From: Cyanophora paradoxa CCMP329
Taxonomy: Eukaryota > Plantae > Glaucophyta
NCBI GenBank assembly: GCA_004431415.1
Contig: QPMI01000182.1
Location: forward strand, 92,235 to 156,234
Reading direction: 5' to 3'
Length of the DNA stretch: 64,000 nucleotides
Position numbers and translations under genes: made by a program. The notes below the pieces were generated by a model, which ran no database searches, had not been told where the DNA came from, and saw nothing but the letters and a program-made list of their open reading frames with translations. Below, in pieces: positions 21,889 through 32,278 of this stretch (its first letter is position 1; each line of letters starts with the position of its first letter).

Positions 21889-24800
21889 ATGGATTTTGAG
21901 GCCGCGTTGTCGATAGCAGAGCGAGCGCTCCCGTCCCTCGAGGCCGGCGGCGCGCGAGCCGTCGAGATCCGGGACAGCGTCGCCGCGCAGCTGCAGCACG
22001 CGAAGCTCGCACTCGCCGTCCTCGACCGCTTTGACAAGGCGACGGACCTACTGCACGGCTCCCAGTCCACAGCGAAACGGATCCGAAATGATGCATACGA
22101 TGTGCGTGTTCATATGTGTGTGTATATATACCGCCGGCGCGGGCGCGGCATGTCTATCACTGTACATGTAAATCTTATATATGCATTGCGTCATATATGC
22201 ATGTGAAGCTCCTCGGCATCGCACGGCGGTTGGCGCACGTGGAGCGTCGCATGTGCGGCCTCCGGGCGCTCTGCTCGGCGGATGTCAAGGCACAGGACGC
22301 CTTCGCGGCCGCCGTCGCCCCGCTTGCTTCGGTGCGTACGTATGATATCCGGGCCGATTGCGATGCGCTAGCTACAGCCTGGCAGCCCGGCGGGGTCCCG
22401 GGGCCCTGTACATGTTATATACTATGATATGATTGCATTTACGTACCGTATACTAATCAGGCCCGCGATATCACAGTGTTGCCGTCACTGACTCCGTGGC
22501 ACGCGCCGCGGCGCGCACTTGCGCAGCGGGTGCGAGACGCGGCCGACCGCGAACTCAAAGCGCTGGAGGCCGTTGCGAGCAAGATCGAAGCCAAAGGCCT
22601 AGGGGACGCGTACGGCTATGGATTGCGCAAATCAGGTGCACGTGCCTTCAAGTTCCTTCTCAAGCTTCATGGAGAACTGCAACTGGTGTGCCCGCGGCCG
22701 CTTCTTAACTTGTAATTTAGATATTTCTACTAGATAATACATGCATATGTTTGGGCCGTTACAGTCGCTTTGAATTCGTGCGTACGCAGCTCAATCGTGA
22801 GATGCGCAGATTCTCGAGGTGGAAGCAATCGAGGATATGTACAAGAAGAAGTGGCTCGTTTTTGGCGAGGACAAGAAAGCGAAGATGCAGAAGTTCAAGG
22901 CGCGTTCCGCGCATGCTCGTGATCAACTGCAATTGTATTCAATGATTGAACTAATCGGACGCATATGATCGGGTATACAGGACGCGTTCTTGCGCTACTG
23001 TGCTCTCTCTGCTACTACTCTGGTCTCATCGTTTCTGAATAAGGCAACGGGAAGCATTGAGGACCTAGGCATCGAGGAGCAATCAGTCTTCCACGGAAAG
23101 TCTGAAGAAGAGGTGCGCTGATCAATATATAGATATACCTTAATTTAAATCTATCAGCTTGCATGAAAGCCTGCTCACGTGCGAAGCCGCAATCCTGCGT
23201 GTTCATGAGACCAGATCGAAGAGAAGGTCACGGTCCGTAATTATAACGTAGTAAAGCCTGCATGATATTACATTAGTCTGTTTTGTGAATCGTTGATCGC
23301 ACACATTGCATGCGTGCAGACGGCCATTAGAGACGTACGGTCGAGGGCTCTCGAGGAGATCCGGCGCATGCGTTCCGACCTCGCCGCGAGGATCGACGCC
23401 GGCGAGTCCTTCACTCGCGTTGTTGAAGGAGAGGTGATCATCGGATCTGAATGACCCCGCGATTACTTCCCTCGAGTTCCCAGCGATCAGGGCTTTAATC
23501 GGTCACGCGCAGAGGAAGAAGAAAGAGGAGCTCGAGGAGCAGAACCAGCAAGCAGTCGCTCAAATGAGGTCTGAGCAGGAGAAGATGGTGAAGGACGCGC
23601 ACGTTCAGGCGACGATCCCCGAGCTGCATGGCGCCGTGCACGCCCTCTGGCAGCGCGTGCGCCTCGAGCCATTTGCCCAGCCGGATCAGGAGTTCCCCAC
23701 CCTCCTTGAGAAAGTCCGAGGTTCGTCTCTATCGATATCTCGTTATCGATATCTCCACTCTCCCCCCTTTCCCGCGGGCAGCAAGACTCCCCACTTGACG
23801 AACCCGTCTAATTCGTGACTCGGTGCAGAGGCTTTGGACGCGCCCGAGAGGGAAGAGAGAAATGCCCTCAAGCGCCAGCGAGAGCAGGAGAAAGCAGAAA
23901 AGGACAACAGGCGTCACCTCGTGCGTGTACTGTATTGTATTGTATACGTACATATGTGTTTATATGTGCATACTAATACGTGCATCTGTTCCGATTCGCT
24001 GATCATGATCATGTGCGTTTCCGGTTGCGGATTGCTTTCAGTTTGGAGCGGCGGCTGGAGCACTGTCTTCAATTGTGTTTGGGGGTAGCTCCACGGTTCG
24101 GAGTGCTGTTTCAGCTGTTGTCCGAATCGGCTCATCTGCCGGGTACTACCTCAGCATTGGTGAGCCTTTTCACGCTTTGACGGGAGGGGGGGGGGGGGGG
24201 GGGGGGGGTGCCTTTTTCCAATTAATATTGCAAGTTTGGTTTCGCGTGGGGTCCCGATTTTGAATACGCTCGATCGCGAGTGCAGCGGGTGCCGTGGTGG
24301 GACTTGGATTCGCGGCGAAGTTCGCGCACGAGACTCACTCAGCGAGTAAGGAGGCCGACGCGTACATCGACCCCAGCAAGCCGATTGGGGTCCAAATTGC
24401 GGAGTGCTTCTTCAGAGCTCTGTTCCGCCCCGTTGGGCTCTTCCTGGGGGCTATGTCCACCGGGGTCGCGGTCCTCTTCGCGTGCGGCTGCGCCGGGCTC
24501 GCCGTCTTCTTCCACCTCGTGGGGAGCAGCGCGCCGGAGACGTCTCCGGCTGTTAAAGCGCTGAGCTTTGGCTTTATGTTTGCATGCGGTTTCGCAATCC
24601 CCCAAACGTTTATGGCCCCATCTCCGGATCCGGACACCAACGCCGTTCCAGAGAGCACGATTGCGAAACGCGCCATCGCAGAGAAACGAGTGCGCTCTCT
24701 CCTTATCGCATTTATATTCAAAATAACTCAAACTCGAAGACCACACGATGCAGCGGGTCTATATATAACTACTTGCACTCATTTTCTCGGTTGTTTTTAA

Positions 24801-25027
24801 TTTGCACATGTACACAGATTTCGATACTGGAACAAAAGGCGGAGGCCATGAAGAGCTCAGCAGAGGCGGACAGTCGTGAAGATGCTGTGTGTTCGGCCGA
24901 CTTCGCTCCCGAGGCCTTGGCCGAGTCGAGCGCCGACGTCGGAGATCTCTTCCCCGCTTCCTCTTTCGATGCAGAGCTGCACACACAGTACACGGAGCTC
25001 CTTCGGCGCCTGGGCGTTCGCGTCTGA
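21889..25027 (+). CDS. Multi-exon coiled-coil protein with C-terminal transmembrane segments
   Basis: Starts MDFEAALSIAERAL; helical and charged exons at 22-24 kb; hydrophobic exon 24285-24690 (LFLGAMSTGVAVLFACGCAGLAVFFHLVG; LSFGFMFACGFAIP); last exon ends RRLGVRV* at 25027. Introns are AT-rich. Confidence 0.6.
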
Positions 25028-26634
25028 TTTCTTTCCGGATATCTATCGGATATGAGTCTTGCAAATGAAATCTCAAGTCCATCTATTCATTAATTTCAAT
25101 TTATTCCAGGTGCAGGAAGGGGGGGGAAGGGGGGGGGGGGGGGGAGGGATTGCGGGGGAGGGCGCGGAATGCCCAGATGCACATCTCGTCTCGTCCGTTG
25201 CTAAGCAGGCCGGGCTGATTGGCGCTGGTGCGGGGTGGGTGCGAAGCTCGTCGAGTCGGTCGCTCCCGTCCCGATCGCTTCGGGCTGACTGGAGGCACAG
25301 GCCTAGGATCCTCTCTTGCAATTGCGCCTGGCGGCGGCGCGCGTGCCAGCGGTGCGGGGCGGCGGGATGGCTGTGCTGCACGGGCGCTCTGTCGCAGGAG
25401 TCGCTTCCGGGCGCCGCCCCGCAGAGCGCGCTCCGTTCCGATGCAATGCGAGCCGCCCCGCTCCTCTGCGGCACGTGCGCGCCGCGCGCGATCGAGCGCA
25501 TCCAATCGATTTCGCAGGTCACTTGCAGATCCTTTCTTTGCAGAAAGCTATCTTGTCGGGGCGGCACGGGTGCGCTCTGCTCGCGGCGTGGCGGTGCGCA
25601 GTTCTGACGGGACCCCCAGCAGTTTTCCAGGTGTACCCCTCCGCCGCGGGCCAATCATGCGGAGCGGACGTCATCGCAGGATCCGGACTCACGGCGTCGC
25701 GCCCTTTCGAACGATGTCCGGCACGCCCGGCCGTGTACCCCCCTTCAGCGACCCCGCGATATGGCGGTCGTTTGAAAGCTGGCGATCGCGACGGGCTCTG
25801 CGCGAATCTGACATCGCGGCAGCACGGCGCGGCACCGCTCCGCCCTTGATTGAGAGGAAAAGCTTTAGCCCGGCTGGAGTTTCTCGCTGTAACCCTCCCA
25901 CCTCGGGGTGCCAGCGTAGTTTCTTTTATCCCCGCTACCCAATTGCAAATCGAACCTGAAAGGCGCCCTCACAGCTCGGCGACCCGAGGGCTCGCCGCTG
26001 ACTACTGCTGCCTCGGCCTTTCGTGCCCTCGCCGCGGCCACGAGGCCCGAGGAACTTTAGGGCGGCGCCCTGCTCGGAGCTCCCGCGCCTAGCTATAGGC
26101 ATCCTCGCCCCCCCCCCCCCCCCCCCCCTCCCCCCTCTCCCTCCACCGCGGGCCTCCCGGCCCGCGCCTCATGATCAGCCGCGGGCGCCCCGGCGCACAC
26201 TCTGTGCGCACCCGTCGCACGTCGCCCCCCGCCCCGCCGCCCCTCGGAAACTGATCCCATCGCAGCCGACGCGGCGCCCGCCGTTTGCCTCCAGGAGGCG
26301 AGTGCGGCGAGAGCGCGTTGGTACCCCTCCGCTCTGGCTCGCAGCTCTTCACAAATAATTGCCGTGGTCTTCTGCGGACAATGCCTGCCCGCGCGGCGCT
26401 CCCTGCCACTGAGCTCCCGCCGTGCAGCGCGTCATGGCTGAGAGGGCGACGCAAGCAAACGCAAACGCAAGCAGGCGTCCGCGGCCAGCTCACTGCGGCG
26501 CTGCTGAAGAAGAACGACGAGGGAGAACGGCAAGCTTTCCTTCTTTTGCTAAGCTTTGCTACGTCTTTCTAGCCTGATACGTCCTTCCTCAGGTGATCCT
26601 GGCCTGCGCGGGCCTGGCCAGAAGGGCACCGGCA

Positions 26635-27568
26635 ATCCGCGGCGCCCCGCCCGACCCAATCCGCGCTCAGGTACAGCTAGCGCTCCGACCGCACACAATT
26701 TGGAAAGCCAAGCTGTACGTACCGCGCGCGAGCCGCTGGCCCCGGCGCGCCTCGGGCGCCGCTGCCAAGTCCGACGGCCTCTTGCGAGCCGCCGTGCCTT
26801 CCGAGCCGCTGTGCCGGCGTGCGCCTCGCAGCCGCCGCGGCTCGCGCCTGGAGCACTTCTCATGCGTCCGGGCAGGCGGCAGGGCGCGCGGGAGGGGCTG
26901 GAGCGCGCCAGCGGGCGGACGGTCCAGCGGTTCGGGGAGGCACAGAGACGGCGCGGGCTTGTCCGGCCCCGCGCGATTGCAGCGGACTCTTCTCTTGCCC
27001 TTTTCGCTAGCAAGTGTGCTCTGGACCCGCGCCGCCACCTCAGGGCCGTCTAGATCTCCCGCCCCTCTCACACCCCGGCCGAACAGTACTTTCAATGTAC
27101 CCATCCGCCACGGCGCCGCCAGGTCCCATCGAGCGCACCACTGGAGTCCCCTTCTCATTCCCGATCGAACCGTGTGCGGCACGCAGTGGGGGTGCGTCCG
27201 AAGTACCCGTACCCCCCCTACCCCCTCCGGACCCGACCTTCGCCCCAGGACCCCGTTGAACTTTTGCCCGCCCCTCTCGAGCGCGGCGGATCCGATGGTG
27301 CGCGCCTCGCCGCCCGTAGCTGCAGCCCCGAGGCGCTGGAACCGAGGCCTGCCCTCCGAGCATGTACCCCGGCGCCCCCGGGGCCCGCCTTGCGGCCGGA
27401 GGCGAACGCGGCGGAGGCCCCTCGCCGCGCCGCGGTCGGACGGTGCGAGCGCCCTCGCGCCCCGCCACTCGCGCGCGCCGCCCTCTGAAGCGGGCTTCCA
27501 GAGGGCTCGGAACCGTCGCAGCTGGGCGAGGAAGTCTGGACGAGACGCGTGCAGACCGCGGAGCCCCT
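26635..27568. repeat. Dispersed ~1-kb direct repeat, copy 2
   Basis: Matches 18230-19242. Confidence 0.9.
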
Positions 27569-27916
27569 CTCCCCTGCGTGCGAGACGCGAGACGCGTGCA
27601 GACCGCTTCAGCGGGCCAATCCACCGGCGGCGGTCCTTGCCCCCTGTCCTCCCGCCCTATCCCGGCCGCCGGCCGCCTCAAGCGCCGCCGCCCCCCAAGC
27701 CTCCCTCCATCTTTCCCCGGGGCCCTCCATGGCCATCGGCGCCTTCCTCTTCGCTTGGGATCGACGTTGCCCGCGCCTCAGCGGCACCCGCCCGCGCCTC
27801 CGACGTTGCGGCCCGCGCCTCCGCCTCTCCAGCCCGCGCCTCTGCAGCCACCGCTTGCGCCTCGGCCGCCTCGGCCCGCGATCGCAGCGCCGCCAGTTGC
27901 TCCGCCCCCTGCGCCG

Positions 27917-27918
<2 letters not shown>

Positions 27919-27999
<81 letters not shown>
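27919..27999. repeat. (TA)n microsatellite, ~40 units
   Basis: Seen directly. Confidence 0.98.
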
Positions 28000-28001
<2 letters not shown>

Positions 28002-28035
28002 AGACACCCGCTCACGCGGGGAAGGCCCCCCCCTA

Positions 28036-28394
28036 TGGTTGCACATTATGTTACTCGCGAGAGTGTCGACAGAATCTCGCGAGAATTCCTTCGACCCTTG
28101 GTCGCAGGAATTCTCGCGAGACTCCTGCGTCCGAATCCGGCGACCCTTGGTCGCAGGAATTCTCGCGAGACTCCTGCGTCCGAATCCGGCGACCCTTGGT
28201 CGCAGGAATTCTCGCGAGACTCCTGCGTCCGAATCCGGCGACCCTTGGTCGCAGGAATTCTCGCGAGATTCCTGCGTCCGAATCCGGAGACCCTTGGTCG
28301 CCAGAATTCTCGCGAGAATCCGTCGACGGATTCCGGCGACCCTTGGTCGCAGGAATCTTGCGAGAATTCTCGCGAGAAACATAATGTGCAACCA
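28036..28394. mobile_element. MITE with TA TSD filled by a 49-bp tandem repeat
   Basis: TIR TGGTTGCACATTATGTT(A/T)CTCGCGAGA; TA at 28034-35 and 28395-96 within a C-run; ~6 units starting at 28092, 28141, 28190, 28239, 28288 and 28337, mostly carrying the palindrome TCTCGCGAGA also present in the TIR. Confidence 0.88.
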
Positions 28395-28789
28395 TACCCC
28401 CCCCCTCCCCTCCTCCCTCCGTCCCCCGTCCCCCGTACCCGTCCCCCGAGCCCTGTCCTGTCCTATCATAGTCATACTTATATAAATTTTGATATGACTT
28501 AATATATTATTTAGCTGCGCATGCATGCACTGCGCCATACTAGGCTTCCCGCTCTTCCCAATAACGTAGATGTAGATCTTTTCGCCCAGCTTAAGCTTTA
28601 ATTTAAGCAGATCGCTCTTGATATGTGACCATCGATATCGAAATCACTGCTCATATGGCGTGGAAATCAGTCGTAGCTCCGATCCAATGGATATGTAGTA
28701 TTCGAAGAGTCGACTGGAACCGGGTGTCTGTGCACGTGGTAGAATATATGTGAGTATATATATACGTGTACGCATGATATATGTAGCCA

Positions 28790-31750
28790 TGTGTACCGTG
28801 GAGGCATGTGACAGATCTTGGGACCTAGATATCGATGGTCGAATTCGTGAGCATGCTCGGCCTGTGGTGATGTCGATGAAGATCTTTCCGATGTAAGCTG
28901 ATCCTGCGCTGCTGCTGTCCGCTCTTTGAGCTTCTTGAGTCGCCGGCGAGCTGCAGCAGTCCGAATGTGACTCTGGACATCAACATGACCGTCTGTGTAC
29001 CATCTTCGCAACGGTCCGCCTTGGCGAAAAGCTGAACATTCAGAGCAGAAGCAAAAAATATCGGAGGGGCCGTCTTTGTGGTTCTGGAGGGGAACGGGCA
29101 CTCGACCAAGCCAGAAATGCGGTCCGTATTCGTGGTCCTGAGATCCAATGTCGTGTGGTGGTCGGCCACGTGCATTGGTGCCATGAAGCGGAAGTCCTCC
29201 GGATCGACATGCTGGTGCAAACAACAGATGACGCATTGAATGGTGCAGCGCAGTTCCAGTGAGCTGTATGGCATGGGCGCCATTAGACTTTAGGATCGAG
29301 ACAATTTCGTTGTCTGAGACACGAATGTCGACAGCAAGTCCATTAATTGTAATGACATGTCCAGGCGTCGGCCAGCTCTTCTGGAGAGACAATAACTCAG
29401 ACATGGAGCTCTGTGGACCGTGGTCGACGCCAAGAGAATTATTGTACTGCGATGGTCGAATCACAACTGCTCTTGAAAAATCTTGCAGGCTGTCAAGAAC
29501 TGAGTAGAATTCAGCTGGGGTCCAAAAATGGAGCACATGGTGACGGATTTCATATTTTGACTGATCCTGCTTCGAAACAATCCAAGTAGCTGTGTATGGC
29601 TCTATCTCCGACGAAGTAGGCGCATAGTATCCGTGTTCCAGCACAAAGACGCCACCATCGAAATAAGTTCCAACGAGTCTACGCAAAACAGTGAGCTTTC
29701 CAGCACTTGTCACAGTAGCCCAGATTGCGCTGGATGTTTCCTGGGCTGCTGCTTTCTCGGTCTGAAAACGGGAGACATCCCGCAGAGCATTCTCAACTAC
29801 TGCATCAATCGTCCCTACGCCGGATATCGATCCGGAGATGCAGAAGTTAACGGAAATGAATTATATAGATCAGATAATTGCATGCACCACTGGTCATGTG
29901 CTTGAGGGCTTTGTAATGTGGGAGCATGACAGTTGCATCCTGAACAATGTAGTAGCCGCCAAAGCAAACACCATGAAGCGTTTGTGATTGGATCGGGCGC
30001 AGATGTAGCAGTTGAGAAAAGTTCTCAGTGACATGCAGTTCGGTGTTTGCGCCAGACGTACGAGTGTGTTTCAACCATGACATTGCGCCCGCGACAAGCA
30101 GAATAATCGAGTCTGCAGTCGATTCCTGTGCAGTGACACGGTAGATTATGACATCGAGCTCATCGAGCGCACAAACATCATTGGCTCGTGCTGTGAAGAA
30201 CTCGTCAATTGCCTGCGCATCCAAAAGACAATGCATATGAGTTCACATGGTGCTTATAATTATAATTATGTATATACATAAACAGATTGAATGGCAAACA
30301 TTTTGAGTGCACAAAATGACGTTGTCGTGCAGATGCGCTCGTGGGCAAGGCTGGGTGCATGGCACAGTGTTGGAGATGCGTGTGTAGATGCTGTCGCTGC
30401 GATACATGAGGCCCATGCATTCGGGATATCGCTGAAAGATATCGTAGTATTTCTGGACAATATAATCGAAGTGTGCTGAATTTTTAGGGCAGGATGTTTG
30501 AAGGCCAACGAGCGGGGCCTGAAATGCTGGCAAGAAAAAAGGAGATTGATTTCCATAAATATCTGGGAAGAGTGCTCTCCGTCCAGGCGGTAAACGAAGA
30601 GGCTTCGTCGATCTGGATCTGGCGACCTCGGAATTGAGTGGCAATCCAGTCGCGATTGCAACACTAGTGTCGTCGGTGATGAATTGATCTAATCGGTCGA
30701 TGTTATCATCCCATGCGCGTCGAAAGGCTTGCCCTGAATGGCAAATAGCCGTCAAAATATCAGGATTCAATTGTTAATGAAAGGAGGCAATTATAATATT
30801 AATGTTAATTAGACATACCCACAGTGCCCGGAGTCAATTCTTCTGAATTAAAGACCGCTGCAAGTCGATCGTCATGGATTGATCAGATGATTGCATGCCA
30901 CATGCTCACCATGCGCTATTCGTGCCCGAGATCTTTGCTGGCGTAGCGCAGGGCTCGTTGGGACTGGAGTATGCATATGATGCTGTTCACGTGCATGCAA
31001 CACATCCTCTAACAAATGGTCGGCATGTCCTGAGAAATTGTGGTCGCCAGTGATGCAAACATCTTGCATCATGCAAACTGCGAGACAAATCGCAGACCTT
31101 CCGTATGCACTAGCGCTTTGAATGGCGACTGTACTGACAGCAGGTGCCCGTATGGGGCATGGAAAGGAGCTGCCTGGTCGGGAGGGACCATTGGGGTCAC
31201 GGTACCTGAGTCATGGTTTAGCAGGAGCTTATGTAGGCCACTGGAAGCTCGAGCTCAAGCGCGCTAGCTCACTTTGATTGACTGGAGAATGTGTCGGCCA
31301 TGAAAATTTCGGTGATTTGCTTGCGATTGGAATTGCATCTTCGTTGATGCTGTGCTCGACACGTCGACCAGTCTTTCTAGTTTCTGAGCTGGAGCTCGCG
31401 ATCGAGTGCGATCGGGAGGCTGGAACGGGAGTGAGGATGATTTCCTGGGCCGAATTTGGGATGCGCGTATTCCACAGTTTGCGCGCCCGCTCTAGATATA
31501 TATGCACGAACACTCGATCAGTTTGAGCATCAGCGTGAATGTTGCATGCACTCTGTAATTGCTTACGGCGGCATCGATATCTCTGAATGGACTTGAATTC
31601 GAAAGACGTCGACGGCGGGTGCACACCGGCACCACGCACAGGAACGAGGGCCGGTGGGTGCACTTCTGGATCTTCGGGCCGTGAAGCGTCCGGCGCTGCG
31701 CGCGGTCGCGAGAAGCCCTTCGAAATCGGTTTCCGCCAGACGCTTGGCAT
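28790..31750 (-). CDS. Multi-exon hypothetical protein of lower GC, with a C-terminal CxCxxC...H...H putative zinc finger
   Basis: Long natural-composition exons 28667-29845, 29890-30230, 30300-30770 and 31270-31750; motif IFCFCSEC...GHVDVQSHIR followed by basic RRRLKKLKER. Confidence 0.6.
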
Positions 31751-31979
31751 GCATACCATGCATATGCATATGGTCAAAATCGATGCAAGAATTTCGAATT
31801 CTGCGATGCACGCATCTGACATGATTCCGCGCGCGCGACATGATTCCCTCGCCCGAGCGTAGGCGCAGCGCACCAGCAATCGCATACATACATGTCGGCG
31901 CAGCGGCCCTGGCCGTAAGGTAGCTAATATCGCACGGCGCAGCTGCAGCGCGTGCGTGCGACGTCGATGTCGACCTGCT

Positions 31980-32262
31980 TGTCGGATAGGAGGATTCCCA
32001 CCCGATTGGGCGCCCGCGCGGTCCAGCGCGGGGCCGGCTCCCTGTGCTGGAGCAGCTGTAGATGCAGGCTGGTGTATTCTCTGTGTACCCGGAAGACTAC
32101 TGACACTGTACCCCTAGGATAGGTAGAGGCAGGCCAGCGTAGGCTACCGCGAGGTAAACCTACAGGAAGAGAGACTATGCTAAGGCACCGTAGACTGCGT
32201 CAGGCACCAACTAGCTCTAGTCACTAAGTCACCGCAAGGCCAGGGAATCGAGCCATGCGACA
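31980..32262 (-). repeat. 3' LTR, 283 bp
   Basis: TGTCGGATAGG...CCATGCGACA, identical to 42059-42341. Confidence 0.95.
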
Positions 32263-32278
32263 ACTCCTCTTCCGCTGA
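32263..32278 (-). other. Polypurine tract
   Basis: TCAGCGGAAGAGGAGT immediately before the 3' LTR on the minus strand. Confidence 0.8.

Noticed and set aside
18230-27568. The ~1-kb direct repeats as LTRs of one element
   Set aside because: No TG...CA ends, TSD, PBS or PPT found.
28092-28380. 49-bp repeats as a CRISPR array
   Set aside because: Units are contiguous with no unique spacers, lie inside TIRs, and the context is eukaryotic with no cas genes.
26593-28538. Long ORFs containing YIYIYI (also at 43331-43765)
   Set aside because: Read-through of (TA)n and tandem repeats in stop-poor GC-rich DNA.
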